Assembly (NCBI GenBank): GCA_963741205.1
Contig: CAVUHW010000008.1
Coordinates: 96,001 to 160,000, forward strand
Source: Nitrospirota bacterium
GTDB taxonomy: Bacteria; Nitrospirota; UBA9217
DNA: 64,000 nucleotides
Direction of reading: 5' to 3'
Shown here: positions 43,490 to 55,523 of the stretch, piece after piece
Layout of the letters: each line of letters opens with the position of its first letter
How positions within the stretch are numbered: the stretch's first letter is position 1
Program-made: the position numbers and the translations under genes
The notes under the pieces: generated by a model
Seen by the model: only the letters and a program-made list of their open reading frames with translations
Databases searched by the model: none
What the model was told of the DNA's origin: nothing

Positions 43490-43642
43490 ACCATAACGTG
43501 CAGGTTATAGAAACGGTGTATCACTGCGCTGTTTTCGTGAACGTCGTCTTCCTGTTTTGCAATCGATGATTTCGGTTGCAATTCAGGGCCTCTCACGGTA
43601 CATTGTGCGGGCACAAATGGCGGCTGACAAGCGGGGTAATCC

Positions 43643-45531
43643 ATGGCATTGGTAAGTTTACAGGGTGTGAACGTCGGCTTCGGCGGTCCGCTTCTTCTTG
43701 AAGGGGTCGATCTTTCCATTGACCGGGGAGAGCGGGTCTGCCTCGTGGGCAGGAACGGCACGGGCAAGTCCACGATCCTGCGGCTTATCACCGGCGAGGT
43801 GAAGACCGACGCGGGAAAGATCGTGTTCCAGCAGGGCGTGCGCATCACGCTTCTGACCCAGGAGGTCCCCCAGGCGCTCGCGGGAAGCGTATTCGACGTG
43901 GTGTCCGGCGCGTTCGGCGAGCAGGGGAAACTTTTGGCCGCGTATCATCATGTGAGCGCACGGCTGGCCCATGACCACAGCGAGAAGCTGATGGCCGAGC
44001 TCGAGGACGTGCAGCACAGGTTCGAGGCGGCCGGCGGATGGCAGATGCAGCAGAAGGTTGAGGAGATCCTGACGAGGCTCAAGCTTCCGGAAGACGCCGA
44101 GTTCTCCGAACTTTCCGGCGGGCTCAAGCGCAGGGTCCTTTTGGCAAAGGCGCTGGCGGGCGAACCGGACCTCCTGCTCTTGGATGAGCCCACGAACCAT
44201 CTGGACATCGACGCCATTGCCTGGCTCGAGGAATTCCTGCTTTCTTTCGGCGGGACCCTGTTGTTCGTGACCCACGACCGCATGCTGCTCCAGAAGCTGG
44301 CAACGCGCATCGTGGACCTTGACCGCGGCAGGCTCACCAGCTGGCCCGGCAACTATCAGTCCTACCTGGCGCTGAAACAGGCGGCGCTCGATGCCGAGAG
44401 CATGGAGAACGCGAAGTTCGACAAGAAGCTTGCGTCGGAGGAGGTCTGGATCAGGCAGGGCGTCAAGGCCAGGAGGACGAGGAATGAAGGCCGCGTGCGC
44501 GCGCTCAAGGAGCTTCGGAGGATCCGGAGCGAGCGCCGCGAGGTCACGGGCGCTGCGCGCATGCAGACGCAGGAGGCGGAGCGCACCGGTAAGATCGTGA
44601 TCGAGGCGACGGATGTCTCGTACGCTTACAACAACGTTCCGGTCATCAGCGACTTTTCCACGACCATCCTCCGGGGCGACAAGATCGGCATCATCGGGCC
44701 GAACGGTTCGGGAAAAACCACGCTGCTCAAGATCCTGCTCGGAGAGCTCAAAGCGCAGAAGGGAACGATCAAGCACGGCACGAACCTGGAGGTTGCGTAC
44801 CTGGACCAGCACCGGGCCCAGCTCGACGACGAGAAGACCGTGCAGGACAATGTTGCGAACGGCAGCGACCACGTGACCGTGGACGGGAACCACAGGCACG
44901 TGATCGGCTATCTGCAGGACTTTCTGTTCGCCCCGGCCCGCGCGCGAAGCCCCGTGAAGGTCCTGTCCGGCGGAGAGCGGAACCGGCTCCTTCTGGCCAA
45001 GCTCTTTACCCAGCCCTCGAACGTGCTGGTGCTGGACGAGCCCACGAACGATCTGGACATCGAGACCCTCGACCTGCTCGAAGAGCTTCTCTCGGACTAC
45101 CGCGGCACCGTGCTGCTCGTGAGCCACGACCGCGCGTTCCTCAACGACGTGGTCACGAGCACGCTGGTGCTCGAAGGCGAAGGCAGGGTGAGCGAATACG
45201 TGGGCGGGTACGACGACTGGCTGCTCCAGAGCCGGAGGAGGACAGCGGAGACAGCGGTTACCGCAAAGCCGGAAGGTAAGAAGGAGCCGCCGCGGCCTCC
45301 AGAAGGAGAAACCTCGCAAGCTTACCTTCAAGGAACAGAAGGAGCTTGAGGCCCTGCCGAAGCGCCTGGCGGAGCTCGAAGCCGAACAGCAGCAGATCCA
45401 GAAGGACTTGGCAGACCCGGCCTTCTACCGGGAAAGCGGCAATAAGGTTTCGGGATACAAGGCGCGGCTTGAAGTGCTGGAGAAGGAGCTGTCGGAGGCG
45501 TACAAACGGTGGGAGGTGCTGGAGGCGTTAA
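43643..45531 (+). CDS. uup: ABC-F family ATPase Uup; frameshift near 45300
   Basis: Two ABC domains, EEVWIRQG.KARRTRNEGRV linker, C-terminal KLTFKEQKEL..RWEVLEA coil in shifted frame. Confidence 0.92.
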
Positions 45532-45691
45532 AGGAGTGATTATCAGCTGATGCCTTCCGTCCGGCTGTTTCGCCGGATTGTCGGTCAGATCATGAAACGC
45601 AGCATTGGACACACTTTTTCCGCTGACGCAGAACAAATCCGTTCATCCTCCGGCATTTGAGAAGTGCCATGACCTGCGTCCAGTCTCCAGG

Positions 45692-45865
45692 CTACTTGTC
45701 GTGAATTTTCTTACGCCATGAATCAAGGTAATCTTTGGTTACCTTTTCAATACCATGGTCTTTTTTCCCGTGTGCAGCGGCTTTTTTTAAAACGTCATCC
45801 ACCGTTTTGCCAGTCGCAACATAGTCACAGTCCACACCAAGGTCTTTGCATGCTAATGCCTTCAT
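45692..45865 (-). CDS. DUF1059 small metal-binding protein
   Basis: CKDLG.DC...H...DH pattern; SD GGAGG. Confidence 0.85.
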   Translation of the reverse strand: MKALACKDLGVDCDYVATGKTVDDVLKKAAAHGKKDHGIEKVTKDYLDSWRKKIHDK

Positions 45866-45919
45866 AATTTGCCTCCCTTGCGCCGTTTCCACGGCTCCCT
45901 GCATTACTCTGTCCCGCAC

Positions 45920-46765
45920 TCACTCCGCATACTTCTTCAGATACTCGATGGTCGCGGGCCAGGCTTGTTTCGATGCCTCGAGGTTTGCCCCTTCGCGGCC
46001 GTCCTGCGCGCGAAGGAAGCCATGCCCAGCGCCCTTGTAGGTGTGGGTAATAAAGGTTTTTTTCAGTTCCTTCATCTTCGCCTCGGCAGGCCCCACCGTG
46101 GCGTTGACGCGGGCGTCGTCCTCTCCGTAGAGCCCGAGCACCGGGGCATGGACCGTTTTCAAAGCCTCCAGGTCCGGGGACGTTCCGTAATACACAACCG
46201 CCGCCGCCAAGTCAGGCTGCGTCACTGCGTACTGAAAGCTTTGACTTCCGCCCCAGCAGAAGCCGATCGTGGCGAACTTGTTTTTCGCCGCGGGGAGTTT
46301 CGTGCCGTAGCGGGCCACGGCGTCCAGGATCGTTGCTACCTCCGATGAGGACAGGTCGCGCACGGCCTTGACCACGTCGTCCCTACCCGCAAACTTGTCC
46401 GTTCCTCCGCCCCCCGGGCCTCTCCCGGAAAGCATATCCGGGGCAATGGCGATAAATCCAGCCCCCGCGAGATTGTCGGCAACGGCGCGAATCCAGTCGG
46501 TGAGACCGTAGACCTCGTGGATGACGAGCACCACAGGCGCCTTGTCCTTGCGTTCAGGATAGGCAACGAATGCCGCGATCGGCGCGTTCTTCCCCGGGAC
46601 GGCGATGTCCACCCACTCATGGTGGCGCGGAGATTTATTCAGCGCTGCCTTTGCTTCAGCCTCACCCGGGGGGATCACCCCTGAATTGGCAGCAAAAGTA
46701 CTTGTGGGAATCGTTGTTCCGAGAATGCTCAAAAGAAACAGAAGAATGCCTAATTTTTCGTCCAT
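45920..46765 (-). CDS. Dienelactone hydrolase family protein (secreted)
   Basis: Signal peptide, VIHE.YG, GFCWGG, YYG, GHGF. Confidence 0.92.
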   Translation of the reverse strand: MDEKLGILLFLLSILGTTIPTSTFAANSGVIPPGEAEAKAALNKSPRHHEWVDIAVPGKNAPIAAFVAYPERKDKAPVVLVIHEVYGLTDWIRAVADNLAGAGFIAIAPDMLSGRGPGGGGTDKFAGRDDVVKAVRDLSSSEVATILDAVARYGTKLPAAKNKFATIGFCWGGSQSFQYAVTQPDLAAAVVYYGTSPDLEALKTVHAPVLGLYGEDDARVNATVGPAEAKMKELKKTFITHTYKGAGHGFLRAQDGREGANLEASKQAWPATIEYLKKYAE

Positions 46766-46853
46766 GGCAGTCTCTCCTTTCGTCTAAGAAAATTATACCT
46801 CTTAAGGAGGGGGGAGACTGAGCACGGGAGACCAATAATCCTGAGAAAACATT

Positions 46854-47045
46854 TGGACGCAGATAAAATCTTATAAGCGCGGATTAAAGCGGGTAGCCTG
46901 GAAAAAGCGCTTGGACGCGGATTTGCGCAGATGCACGCAGATATTCAAGAGCTTGAGTAAAAATCTCAAGTCGCCTTTTTGGTGAATACCAAATTGCAAT
47001 TATGTCTTTGGTTTATCAGCGGAAAACTGCGTTCATCTGCGTCCG
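46854..47045. repeat. Periodic inverted repeat (GGACGCAGAT type)
   Basis: GGACGCAGAT; GGACGCGGATTTGCGCAGATGCACGCAGAT ... CTGCGTTCATCTGCGTCC. Confidence 0.7.
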
Positions 47046-47149
47046 ATCGCCGTTTTCAAGACAATGACTCTTGCATTTTTATTCGTGCGAGTTATAATGT
47101 GTGGGTATGATCGGCCCTTCGGGTCGGTCGGTTGTGGAGGATTGAATAC

Positions 47150-47467
47150 ATGAATATTTGGACTGTGGCGGCCCTGGTCGCCTTACTGAACATCCCTTTC
47201 GGCTACTGGAGGGGGAGCGTTGATAAATTATCCCGACAGTGGTTTCTTGCCGTGCATACACCGGTGCCATTTGTCATAGCACTTCGAATCCTTTCAGGCC
47301 TCGGCTTTCATCTGGCCACACTTCCCGTTATGATCGGGGCGTTCTTTATCGGACAGTTCATGGGGGGCAAGCTGAACGAATGGGCGAGGAACCACGCAAA
47401 AGCGCCGGTGACCGCCTGCCTCGTGATGGACGCAGTGTCCGGCATCAGGAGCGTCATTCCCCGATAA
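47150..47467 (+). CDS. Small conserved membrane protein
   Basis: [22 protein letters not shown] hydrophobic pattern; SD GGAGG. Confidence 0.7.
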   Translation: MNIWTVAALVALLNIPFGYWRGSVDKLSRQWFLAVHTPVPFVIALRILSGLGFHLATLPVMIGAFFIGQFMGGKLNEWARNHAKAPVTACLVMDAVSGIRSVIPR

Positions 47468-47870
47468 TCTTCACCAGCACCCGCTTTTTCCTTCTCCCGT
47501 CGAATTCCCCGTAGAAGATCTGTTCCCACGGCCCGAAGTCGAGCTTGCCGTTCGTGATCGCGACCACCACTTCGCGGCCCATGACTGAGCGCTTCAGATG
47601 CGCGTCGGCGTTGTCCTCGCCGGTGTTGTGCCGGTACTGGGCGACGGGCTCGTGGGGCGCCAGCTTTTCGAGCCAGACCTCGAAGTCTCCCAGAAGACCG
47701 CGCTCGTCGTCGTTTACGAACACCGATGCCGTGATGTGCATTGCGTTCACGAGGCAGAGGCCCTCCCGGACCTCGCTCTTCTGCACGCACTCCTCGACAT
47801 CCCGCGTGATGTTCACGAAGCCCATGCGCGAGGGAATGTTGAACCAGAGTTCTTTGCGGAAGCTTTTCAT
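47454..47870 (-). CDS. yjbQ: YjbQ/UPF0047 family protein
   Basis: [31 protein letters not shown]. Confidence 0.92.
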   Translation of the reverse strand: MKSFRKELWFNIPSRMGFVNITRDVEECVQKSEVREGLCLVNAMHITASVFVNDDERGLLGDFEVWLEKLAPHEPVAQYRHNTGEDNADAHLKRSVMGREVVVAITNGKLDFGPWEQIFYGEFDGRRKKRVLVKIIGE

Positions 47871-47972
47871 ACCTTCACCTACGAGCTTGCACACGCGTTG
47901 ACTAAAATTAATGAAGAATACCGCATTATGTGTAACTGACTACATTGCAAGAAATCCCGAAGCTGCCCGATC

Positions 47973-48278
47973 TTATTGCGGGACGGCGAGATTATCGTTG
48001 TGATAATAATACGTATTCGCCACTCGGTGTTCGCCAGAGGCTGTCCATACAGGCATGCATTTCCGCAGTGATAGTTCCAGCATTATCTGATTCGTCGATG
48101 ATATGTACGCAGGATTGTAATGGAATATCGTCGCTGTTCCGTTAACGACCTTCTTCACCCGCTGGCCATTGCCGTTGTACGTGTAGCCGGCGATCATGGC
48201 TCCGTCCACTACTGGATCAAGCGCTGTTCTGGTTATAGGTGTAGACCCGAGAACTTTGCGTTGGACTGCTGTTACCAT
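47973..48278 (-). pseudogene. RHS/YD-repeat core fragment
   Basis: YTYNGNGQRVKK....TIFHY and YYYHND.L motifs, with no start region or toxin tip. Confidence 0.65.
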
Positions 48279-48892
48279 TCAAGACTTAACAGTGCGAGGA
48301 TTCCTGACCCTGCGATGATCAGGCCCGCGATCCTATTTACCCATTGCAACTCGTGATGCTCGAACCTTTTCTTAAAAATGCTGAAGACACCGACCAGAAA
48401 AAGCCACCAGATCGCCGAGCCGAGGAATACCCCGAGAACGAGTATTCCCGCAGATGTCACGCTCCCCCTTGTGCCTGCCAAGCCAAACCCGGCGAAGACC
48501 GCTGCAAAAGAAAAGATCGTCATAGGATTCGTGAGCGTAAGGAGGAACGTGGAAGTGTACATCCCGGCATATTTTCGCACCGATGAGGGAAGCTCACTAT
48601 CTTCTTTAGGTACCGAAATAAGCGTCTTCGTCCCCAGGAAACACAGAAACGTGCCACCGACAAGCCTGAGCCAGAACTGGTGGCCGATTAGAAAGTTCGA
48701 TACGAAAGTCAGGCCGAAGGCGGCGATGAAACCGTAGATGGCGTCGGCGGTGGCCGCTCCCATACCGGAGAAGAAACCCGCTCGCCTCCCGTGCGTCAGC
48801 GTGCGCCGTGCACAGAGCACGCCGATGGGACCGACGGGCGCGGCGATCACAAAGCCGAGAATAAGTCCTTTTAGAAAAATTATCGTTTCCAT
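48272..48892 (-). CDS. LysE family translocator
   Basis: AAPVGPIG, G.A.AD, LTLTNP, LGSA.WW. Confidence 0.92.
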   Translation of the reverse strand: METIIFLKGLILGFVIAAPVGPIGVLCARRTLTHGRRAGFFSGMGAATADAIYGFIAAFGLTFVSNFLIGHQFWLRLVGGTFLCFLGTKTLISVPKEDSELPSSVRKYAGMYTSTFLLTLTNPMTIFSFAAVFAGFGLAGTRGSVTSAGILVLGVFLGSAIWWLFLVGVFSIFKKRFEHHELQWVNRIAGLIIAGSGILALLSLEW

Positions 48893-49546
48893 ACCGCTTT
48901 TATTGCGTTCTCTATTTTTCGCCGTTCACTGTCACGCGTACGACGAACGCGTACGAAGAACCTTAATCTCTGCTTCCGGAGATATTCGAGCGATCAAGTC
49001 AGTTAGTTTGAATAACGATGAGTTTGATTAGCGCTGGAGAATTGATAATCGTCCAATCATTCCTGCCGGTGAACTTATATAGCTTGTTTACGATTGTGAA
49101 ATAAGTTAATACAGCTAAATGAAATATACTGGCAATATTCTGTAACAATCTTTTCGTTTTCATCCATACGCATTGAAAAAGTATCACCAATAATACTACG
49201 TGAAGTCTACAATTTCAGAAAGAAGCGACTGTCGCGGACTTCAGGAAGAAAACGTCACTGCAGGCTACAATAGTTAATCTTCAAAAAATCAGATCAGAAG
49301 CTCCGCTGGGAGCACCTAACGCTTTGCAATGCCAGTTTATCGAATCAGACAACAATTACTGACTGAAGCATGAACGACAAAGTTAAGCTGCGGCGGCCCC
49401 CTCCCAGGACCTCAAATTCCGCGAAGCCGGGCGGCGGGCCACCTCTCTCTGCTTTTCCGCCTTTTTATGGCAGCGTTCAATATTGATCTTATTTCTTGTA
49501 ATTGCTACACAGCCACGAATACGGACGCGAAGTTATATCAGCTTTC

Positions 49547-50290
49547 TCACTTACTCATTTCGCTCACCAGGCTCTTGTCAATCAGCATGATCTCTATCCG
49601 GCGGTTCTTCTGGCGTCCTTCCGGTGTGTCGTTGGTAGACACGGGATCGTACTCAGCCCGTCCTGCCGCCACCATTCGCTCTGGCGGAACACCAACCTCC
49701 TGCAGGAAACGGACGACGTTCGCGGCCCGGGCAACTGACAGATCCCAGTTTGACGGGAAGGTGGCCCGCAGGGACTTGGCAACCGGCACATTGTCCGTAT
49801 GACCTACGACCCGTATGATCTTGTTCTCGTACCGCATCAGGGCATCGCCGACCTTCTTTAGTACGGCCTTGCCTTCCTTCCTCAGCGTCACCTTACCGGA
49901 ATCAAAGAATACTCGCGATGCCAGATCCACCGACAGCATGTTCTTATACTGATTCACCTGCAGCTCGCCCTTTTTAACTTCCTGCGCGAGGCCCTGCGTC
50001 AGTTCCTCGTACTCTTTCTGCGTCTGAAGATTGGACGCCGCCAGTGAGGCCTTTTCCGTCTCCAGCGATCCGACCTTCTGCTGGGCATCCGCGTTCTGCT
50101 GCTCCAAGGACCTAACCCGCTTTTTTAGATCCGCGTTCTCTTTCTCCGTCGAGGCTTTTTCCTGCTGCACAGCAGCGATCTCCCCATTTTTTGACGCTTC
50201 CATCTTTTCGAATGTGCCGGAGCTGACACAACCGCTCGCGATGAATCCCGCCGCGAGAACGGCAACGCTGAGGCGAAGATGCTTCATCAT
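49547..50290 (-). CDS. OmpA/MotB-domain lipoprotein with coiled coil
   Basis: Lipobox IASGC; FDSG, GHTD, NW.LS.ARA, NRRIEI. Confidence 0.9.
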   Translation of the reverse strand: MMKHLRLSVAVLAAGFIASGCVSSGTFEKMEASKNGEIAAVQQEKASTEKENADLKKRVRSLEQQNADAQQKVGSLETEKASLAASNLQTQKEYEELTQGLAQEVKKGELQVNQYKNMLSVDLASRVFFDSGKVTLRKEGKAVLKKVGDALMRYENKIIRVVGHTDNVPVAKSLRATFPSNWDLSVARAANVVRFLQEVGVPPERMVAAGRAEYDPVSTNDTPEGRQKNRRIEIMLIDKSLVSEMSK

Positions 50291-50604
50291 ATGCAAGTCC
50301 TCCTTGTCCTTTCAATGATTATCATGGTTTGATCCACGACCCTCTCATAAACGGCAATTGAACCACAGATGTACACAGATAAGAGCTCAAGATCAAAGTC
50401 ATAGACGTTCCCAATCCTTTTCTCTCGAAGAGTTTAGCGTTATCGAGAACTACTTAGATAAAATCACATACCAGAAGAGTTGTCAATGTTTCGATAGGGC
50501 ATTTTAAGGGTAGGCACTATTGAATTCGGAATGAAAATTGATGAGTTGCCAGTTTAAGAAACTTCATGAGATTCAGGCAGGAGGTCGCGCCTGCTCTTCA
50601 CCGC

Positions 50605-50940
50605 CTACCAAATGAACGGCACGAGACGGTAACGCACCTTCTCACAGTACGCCGCATATCCGTTCAAGTTTGCAATGAGAAATTTTTCTTCCTCAAGTAA
50701 CCTGGCCGTAACAGCGATTATCAATAGTATGGGGAACGGGAGCGCCACCCACGACCCAAGCGCAAGCGGCGAAAAAAGAAGTAAAAGGCTGGCTCCCGCA
50801 TACATCGGGTGTCGAACCAAACTGTATGGCCCACTGTCTATTACCTTTTGCTCCTTCGAAACTTCAATGATTGCGCTTGCATAACTGTTTTCCCTGAAGG
50901 CCAGGAATACGACAATTAAGCCAAGTTCTACAAACCCATC
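50605..50940 (-). pseudogene. Isoprenylcysteine carboxylmethyltransferase-family 3' fragment
   Basis: ENSYAS, GPYSLVRHPMY, EE.FL, YRLVPFIW; 5' half missing, abuts the yaiI-like stop. Confidence 0.75.
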
Positions 50941-50976
50941 GCAAGGGGATTTGAGCGTGATCCCTAAGGCACACCT

Positions 50977-51444
50977 CTAGCCGACTTTGCCGGGATGTTC
51001 GCGCCGGACCATCTGAATCACCTGGTCCAGTTTCTGCAAAAAGCTTGACCTGTCGCGTTTGGAGAAGGGTGCCGGACCCCCAGTGATCTCGCCGTTCCCA
51101 CGCAGCTCTGCAAGCAGGTTACGGGTTGCGACAGCATCTCCGATGTTTTCCTCGGTGAAGGCCTTCCCCGTTGGGTCGATTGCGTACGCACCTGCCTTGA
51201 TGCATCGGCTCGCTAGAAGAATATCAGCCGTGACCACGATGTCGTGGGGAGTGACATTAGCAACAATCCAGTTGTCGGCCTCATCTAGCCCATTGCCGAC
51301 GACTTGAAGTACGATTCCATCCTCTGTGGGCACGCGCATCCAAGAGTTGGTCACCAAGGTGACACCTATATGATACCTGGCTGCAACCCGGTAGACCTCT
51401 TGCTTCACAGGGCATGCGTCAGCATCTACGAAAACATTCAGCAA
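50977..51444 (-). CDS. YaiI/YqxD (DUF188) family protein
   Basis: VDADACPVK, EAD.WI, VVTADI.LA, GGPAPF. Confidence 0.92.
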   Translation of the reverse strand: MLNVFVDADACPVKQEVYRVAARYHIGVTLVTNSWMRVPTEDGIVLQVVGNGLDEADNWIVANVTPHDIVVTADILLASRCIKAGAYAIDPTGKAFTEENIGDAVATRNLLAELRGNGEITGGPAPFSKRDRSSFLQKLDQVIQMVRREHPGKVG

Positions 51445-51842
51445 TCGATATCCTTGGTGACAAACTCAAAAGGAATCCAGTGAGGTTGCCTCTAACCAAT
51501 CCATCGTTCAATTGTTTTGATTCGGGAATTGGCTTTATTTTTTGATGACTGCGGTCAATACGCAAATAAAAAGAACTTTATTAACTGTCATCAATTTACC
51601 CTCTTGTATCTTTTGAAGCTTGTGAAATCTTATCTATTGTGCAGAATGAGAACTTCAGTATGTACCAGGCGCTGAAAGATTCAACCAATATTTTTCATTT
51701 CAATCTGGCGTTGGTACCTGTCACAGCCACCTACAAGTCTGCAGTGCCAATAATGTGACAGGGCAAAGAATTCCGGTTGTAATATGCACTTGGGTTAGTG
51801 GGGCCAAGCAAAGCTGTTTTTACAAATGCGCTTGAGACCCTG

Positions 51843-52394
51843 TCATACAGTTCCTGATCCCGATTCGAATCCGTGGTCGTCTCTACTCTGGAAAAAGAGA
51901 GCCCTTATTTTGTCCTCTCCTAGCACCCGCCCCAACTCCTTGACGGCGAAGAAAGGGAGAAGCGCCACGAATATGACCAGACTCCCGGCGAGCAATTCAT
52001 GGGATCCTTTTCCAAAATAGTCAACGAGACCTCCCATGAGACCCTTCCCCACCCAAAGACCCTTGATCACCTGCTCGATGAGAGTAAAGACACCAACAAA
52101 TAACGCGAAGACTACCGTCTTGTAAAGAGTAGGATAAATCAAAGGCTTCTGTTCAAGGCCGCGACCGAGGCGGAATACAGATCCTATCATGATGACTTTT
52201 GCAAGCACCAATGCTTCGATCACGGCTACTCCGTAATTCGTGTACTCGATATCATGGGCAGCCAGAAGGAATCTTCGGTACCACGTGAAAGCGGCGAACA
52301 CAAGGATGAGATAACAGACATTTAGCCAGTACTCGACCACTTCATGGAAGATTCTTTTCTTCCAGCTCCCCTTTTTCTTATCAGGGCTGTTCAT
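51843..52394 (-). CDS. Four-TM hypothetical membrane protein
   Basis: ALVLAKV, PLIY.TL.KT, PFFA..EL..VLG; SD GGAGGAGG. Confidence 0.75.
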   Translation of the reverse strand: MNSPDKKKGSWKKRIFHEVVEYWLNVCYLILVFAAFTWYRRFLLAAHDIEYTNYGVAVIEALVLAKVIMIGSVFRLGRGLEQKPLIYPTLYKTVVFALFVGVFTLIEQVIKGLWVGKGLMGGLVDYFGKGSHELLAGSLVIFVALLPFFAVKELGRVLGEDKIRALFFQSRDDHGFESGSGTV

Positions 52395-53014
52395 AACCCG
52401 TGGCCCTCCTCCACACACCATTACCCCTTCTCAGATAATCAGTGGTACTTTTGAATCTGTCAGCATGAAAAACTTTCATCATCTCAACTCTCATAGAAGG
52501 CTCGATTCTTTTTCGATCACGCCGCAAATATAGTAGAGAAGCCCGCAATTCGAATAGAAAACATCGGGTCCGCGTGCCACCATCAGGATCTCAGCGTCTC
52601 CTCGGTATACAGCATGAGCGGCTATATACCGACGCGATCGGAGTTCATCCTGGTAACGCTCATATTGTCCGCCTTCTTCGATTGTGTCGATGGATATTCG
52701 TGATGCTTTGATTCAAGGTGAAAATCGCACACTGGATTAACATAGCGTCAGTGCATAATTCAGGAAGAAGTCTATTCTTTTCTAAATTCCTTGTCAATCA
52801 GAGGATAATGCCGACGCCCCTCTGAAGCGTGCGGTTGTGGCTGGAAGGCCATAGTTGCCGTTACAAACGGCTAACTCGACTTTGGACCCCAGGAACAGAT
52901 ATTTTGCGGAGCGTTTAAAGGAAGACGGGAAAAGCCGGTGCTGGTGAAGGTCATCGGGGAATTTTTTTTATGCCAGACGTCTTGTTTTGGCATGTCCCGG
53001 CTCGAATTAAGTTG

Positions 53015-53255
53015 TCATGTGAGCACGCCCTCGTGATACACGGTTTTGATAAATACAGACTCTCGGAGGGGACTGTTCTTTATAGCATCGATGCTCAAAA
53101 CGATGGAGACGACGTCATCGGCAGATCCGGCTCCCATACGCAATCGCTGATATAGCGTTCTGTTTCATGGTCCGCGCGGTCAACAACCACGAGCACATCG
53201 AGGTCCGACTCCGGGCCTGCTGCTCCCCGCGCATGTGACCCGAAGACCCTTTTAA
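53015..53255 (-). pseudogene. Minimal nucleotidyltransferase (MNT antitoxin-like) fragment
   Basis: FGSHARG.A..ESDLDVLVV and ..EGV end; N-terminus missing, frameshifted. Confidence 0.7.
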
Positions 53256-53268
53256 TGTGTCAGGTTTT

Positions 53269-55523
53269 CTACGCGAACTTCACTGCCTTCACGGCCTTGT
53301 GTCCTACGCTCCCCCGGGTCATCACGCCGTATTTTTTCAGGTCGATCACCTTCTCATTGCCCTTCTCATCGAGACCTTCACCTGCTCGCCTTTGCTGACG
53401 GGCCGGAAGAGCGCAACCTCGCCGTTCTTCACGTTCACGAGCTTGACGCCCTTGCCCGCTCCGGTCAGGACGGGGATTTCCTTGGCTGCGACGACGACGG
53501 CCTTGCCCTCTGAGGTGATAAACAGGACATTCGGCAGATCGAGGATGCCCACGCCCATGATATAGTCGTCTTCTTTGACACTGGCGAATTTTTTCCCGGC
53601 TCGGGTGGTTACGGAATTATATTGACCCAGGTCAAAGGCAAAACCCATACCGTGGGCGGAAACGGTCAGGGCCGTCACCTCCCGGGGGGCGAGAGCAAGC
53701 TCCGGTTGTTCGCCTGGTGCGAGTGCCGGTTGCGCTAAGACGGTCGTGAAATTCATTGCCGCGATAGGCCGTTCGCCGTCGCCGAACTTGAAGAGGTGTT
53801 GGACCGGCTCGCCGAAGCCGGAGCCGGACGGCAGGTCGAAGGCCTTCACGACATAGACCTTGCCTGCCGACGAGAAGACGGCGATGTTGTCCTTGGTGTT
53901 CGCCGGCAGGAGCGCCAAAAGCTCGTCGCCTTCCTTGAACCGGAGGTTCTCTCCCACGGTCTTGACGCGTCTGATCCATCCCATCTTCGTCATGATCACG
54001 GTCACATCCTCGTGAACGATGAAGTCCTCCTGGGAGAATTCGACGTCCTCGGCCGCCTTCATCGTTGACTTTCGCTTGTCGCCGTATTTTTCCTTGATCT
54101 CCAGAAGCTCGGTCTTGATGAGGCCCCAGATCTTTTTCTGTGAGGCCAGGATGACCTCGATGTCTTTCTTTTGCCGGGTCTTCTCGGCTATCTCCTTGAG
54201 GATCCGCTCGATTTCCAAGCCCACGAGCTTGTAAAGCTGGATATCAAGGATAGCCTTCACCTGTTCGTCGTCGAGCTTGAAGTGCTTCTTGAGCTTCTCG
54301 GAGGCATCCTCCCGCGATTTCGCCTTGCGGATGATCTTGATCGCCGCGTCGAGGTCGTCATAGAGCTTCTCGAAGGCGGCCAGGATGTGGAGCCGGGCCT
54401 TGAGGATCCTGAGGTCGAAGTTCAGCCGCTTCTTGACGACGTCGTGCCGGAAGTCGAGGAAATACCGCATGATCTCCTTGAGCGGCAGCCGGTCGGGCTC
54501 CATGTTCGGTTTCAAGGCGGTGAAGTTGATCGGAAAGGTGGATTCGAGGTCCGTGTGTTTGAAGAGGTATGCGGTAACGAGCTCCGCGTTCGTTTCAGCT
54601 TTGAGCTCGAGCACGAGGCGAACTTCATGGGTGGATTCGTCGCGGACGACGGACACCTGGGGCAGCTTCTTGTCCTCCATGAGGCCGATGAGCTTCTCGA
54701 GCAGCTTGGCTTTGTTCACGAGGTAGGGGATGGAGGTGAACACGATGGCCTGCTTGCCGCGGGGAAGGTCTTCGACGTCGTATTCTCCGCGGATCCTGAT
54801 GCCGCCGGAGCCGGTTTCGTAAATCTCCCGAAGCTCCTTTTTCGAGTTCAGAATCTGGCCTCCGGTCGGGAAATCCGGGCCTTTGATGTATTTGAGCAGG
54901 TCCTTTACCTCGATGTCCGGATCATCGATCATGGCCGCCAGGCCGTCGATCACCTCGGAGATATTGTGCGGCGGGAAGGAGCAGCTCATACCCACGGCTA
55001 TTCCGGACGTGCCGTTCACCAGGAGCTGGGGGAACCGCGCGGGAAGCACAAGCGGTTCTTTCAGCGAGTTGTCGTAGTTCGGCCGGAAGCCGACGGTGTC
55101 CTTGTCGATCTCGGCCAGGAGCTCTTCGGCGATACTCGAGAGCCGCGCCTCGGTATAGCGCATGGCCGCCGCGGGGTCGCCGTCCAGGCTGCCGAAATTT
55201 CCCGAGCCCTCAACGAGCGGATAGCGGAGCGAGAAGGGCTGCGCCATTCTGACCATGGCGTCGTAGGCAGCCTGGTCGCCGTGGGGGTGGAACTTTCCGA
55301 GTACCTCGCCGACGACGGCCGCGCTCTTGCGGAATTTTGCCGTGGGGCCGAGGCCCATTTCCCACATCGCGAAAAGGATCCTGCGGTGCACCGGCTTCAA
55401 GCCGTCGCGCACATCGGGAAGAGAGCGGGAAACGATGGTCGAAAGGGCGTAGGTGAGGAACCGGCTCTCGACCTCCGAGTGCAGCGCGGTGGTCAAAATC
55501 GAATTGTCCTTTGTCGGCATCAA
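53269..55523 (-). CDS. parC: Type IIA topoisomerase subunit A (ParC-like); frameshift near 53375
   Basis: [36 protein letters not shown]; reduced CTD with no evident GyrA-box. Confidence 0.85.

Noticed and set aside
43658-45331. Long antisense ORFs (also 5049-6389, 31899-33257, 54171-55541, 57991-59202)
   Set aside because: Shadow ORFs of GC-rich genes with no recognisable motifs.
52440-52970. Possible gene downstream of a minus-strand TTGACA-17-TAGACT promoter (52769-52797)
   Set aside because: Only short broken frames with no recognisable family.
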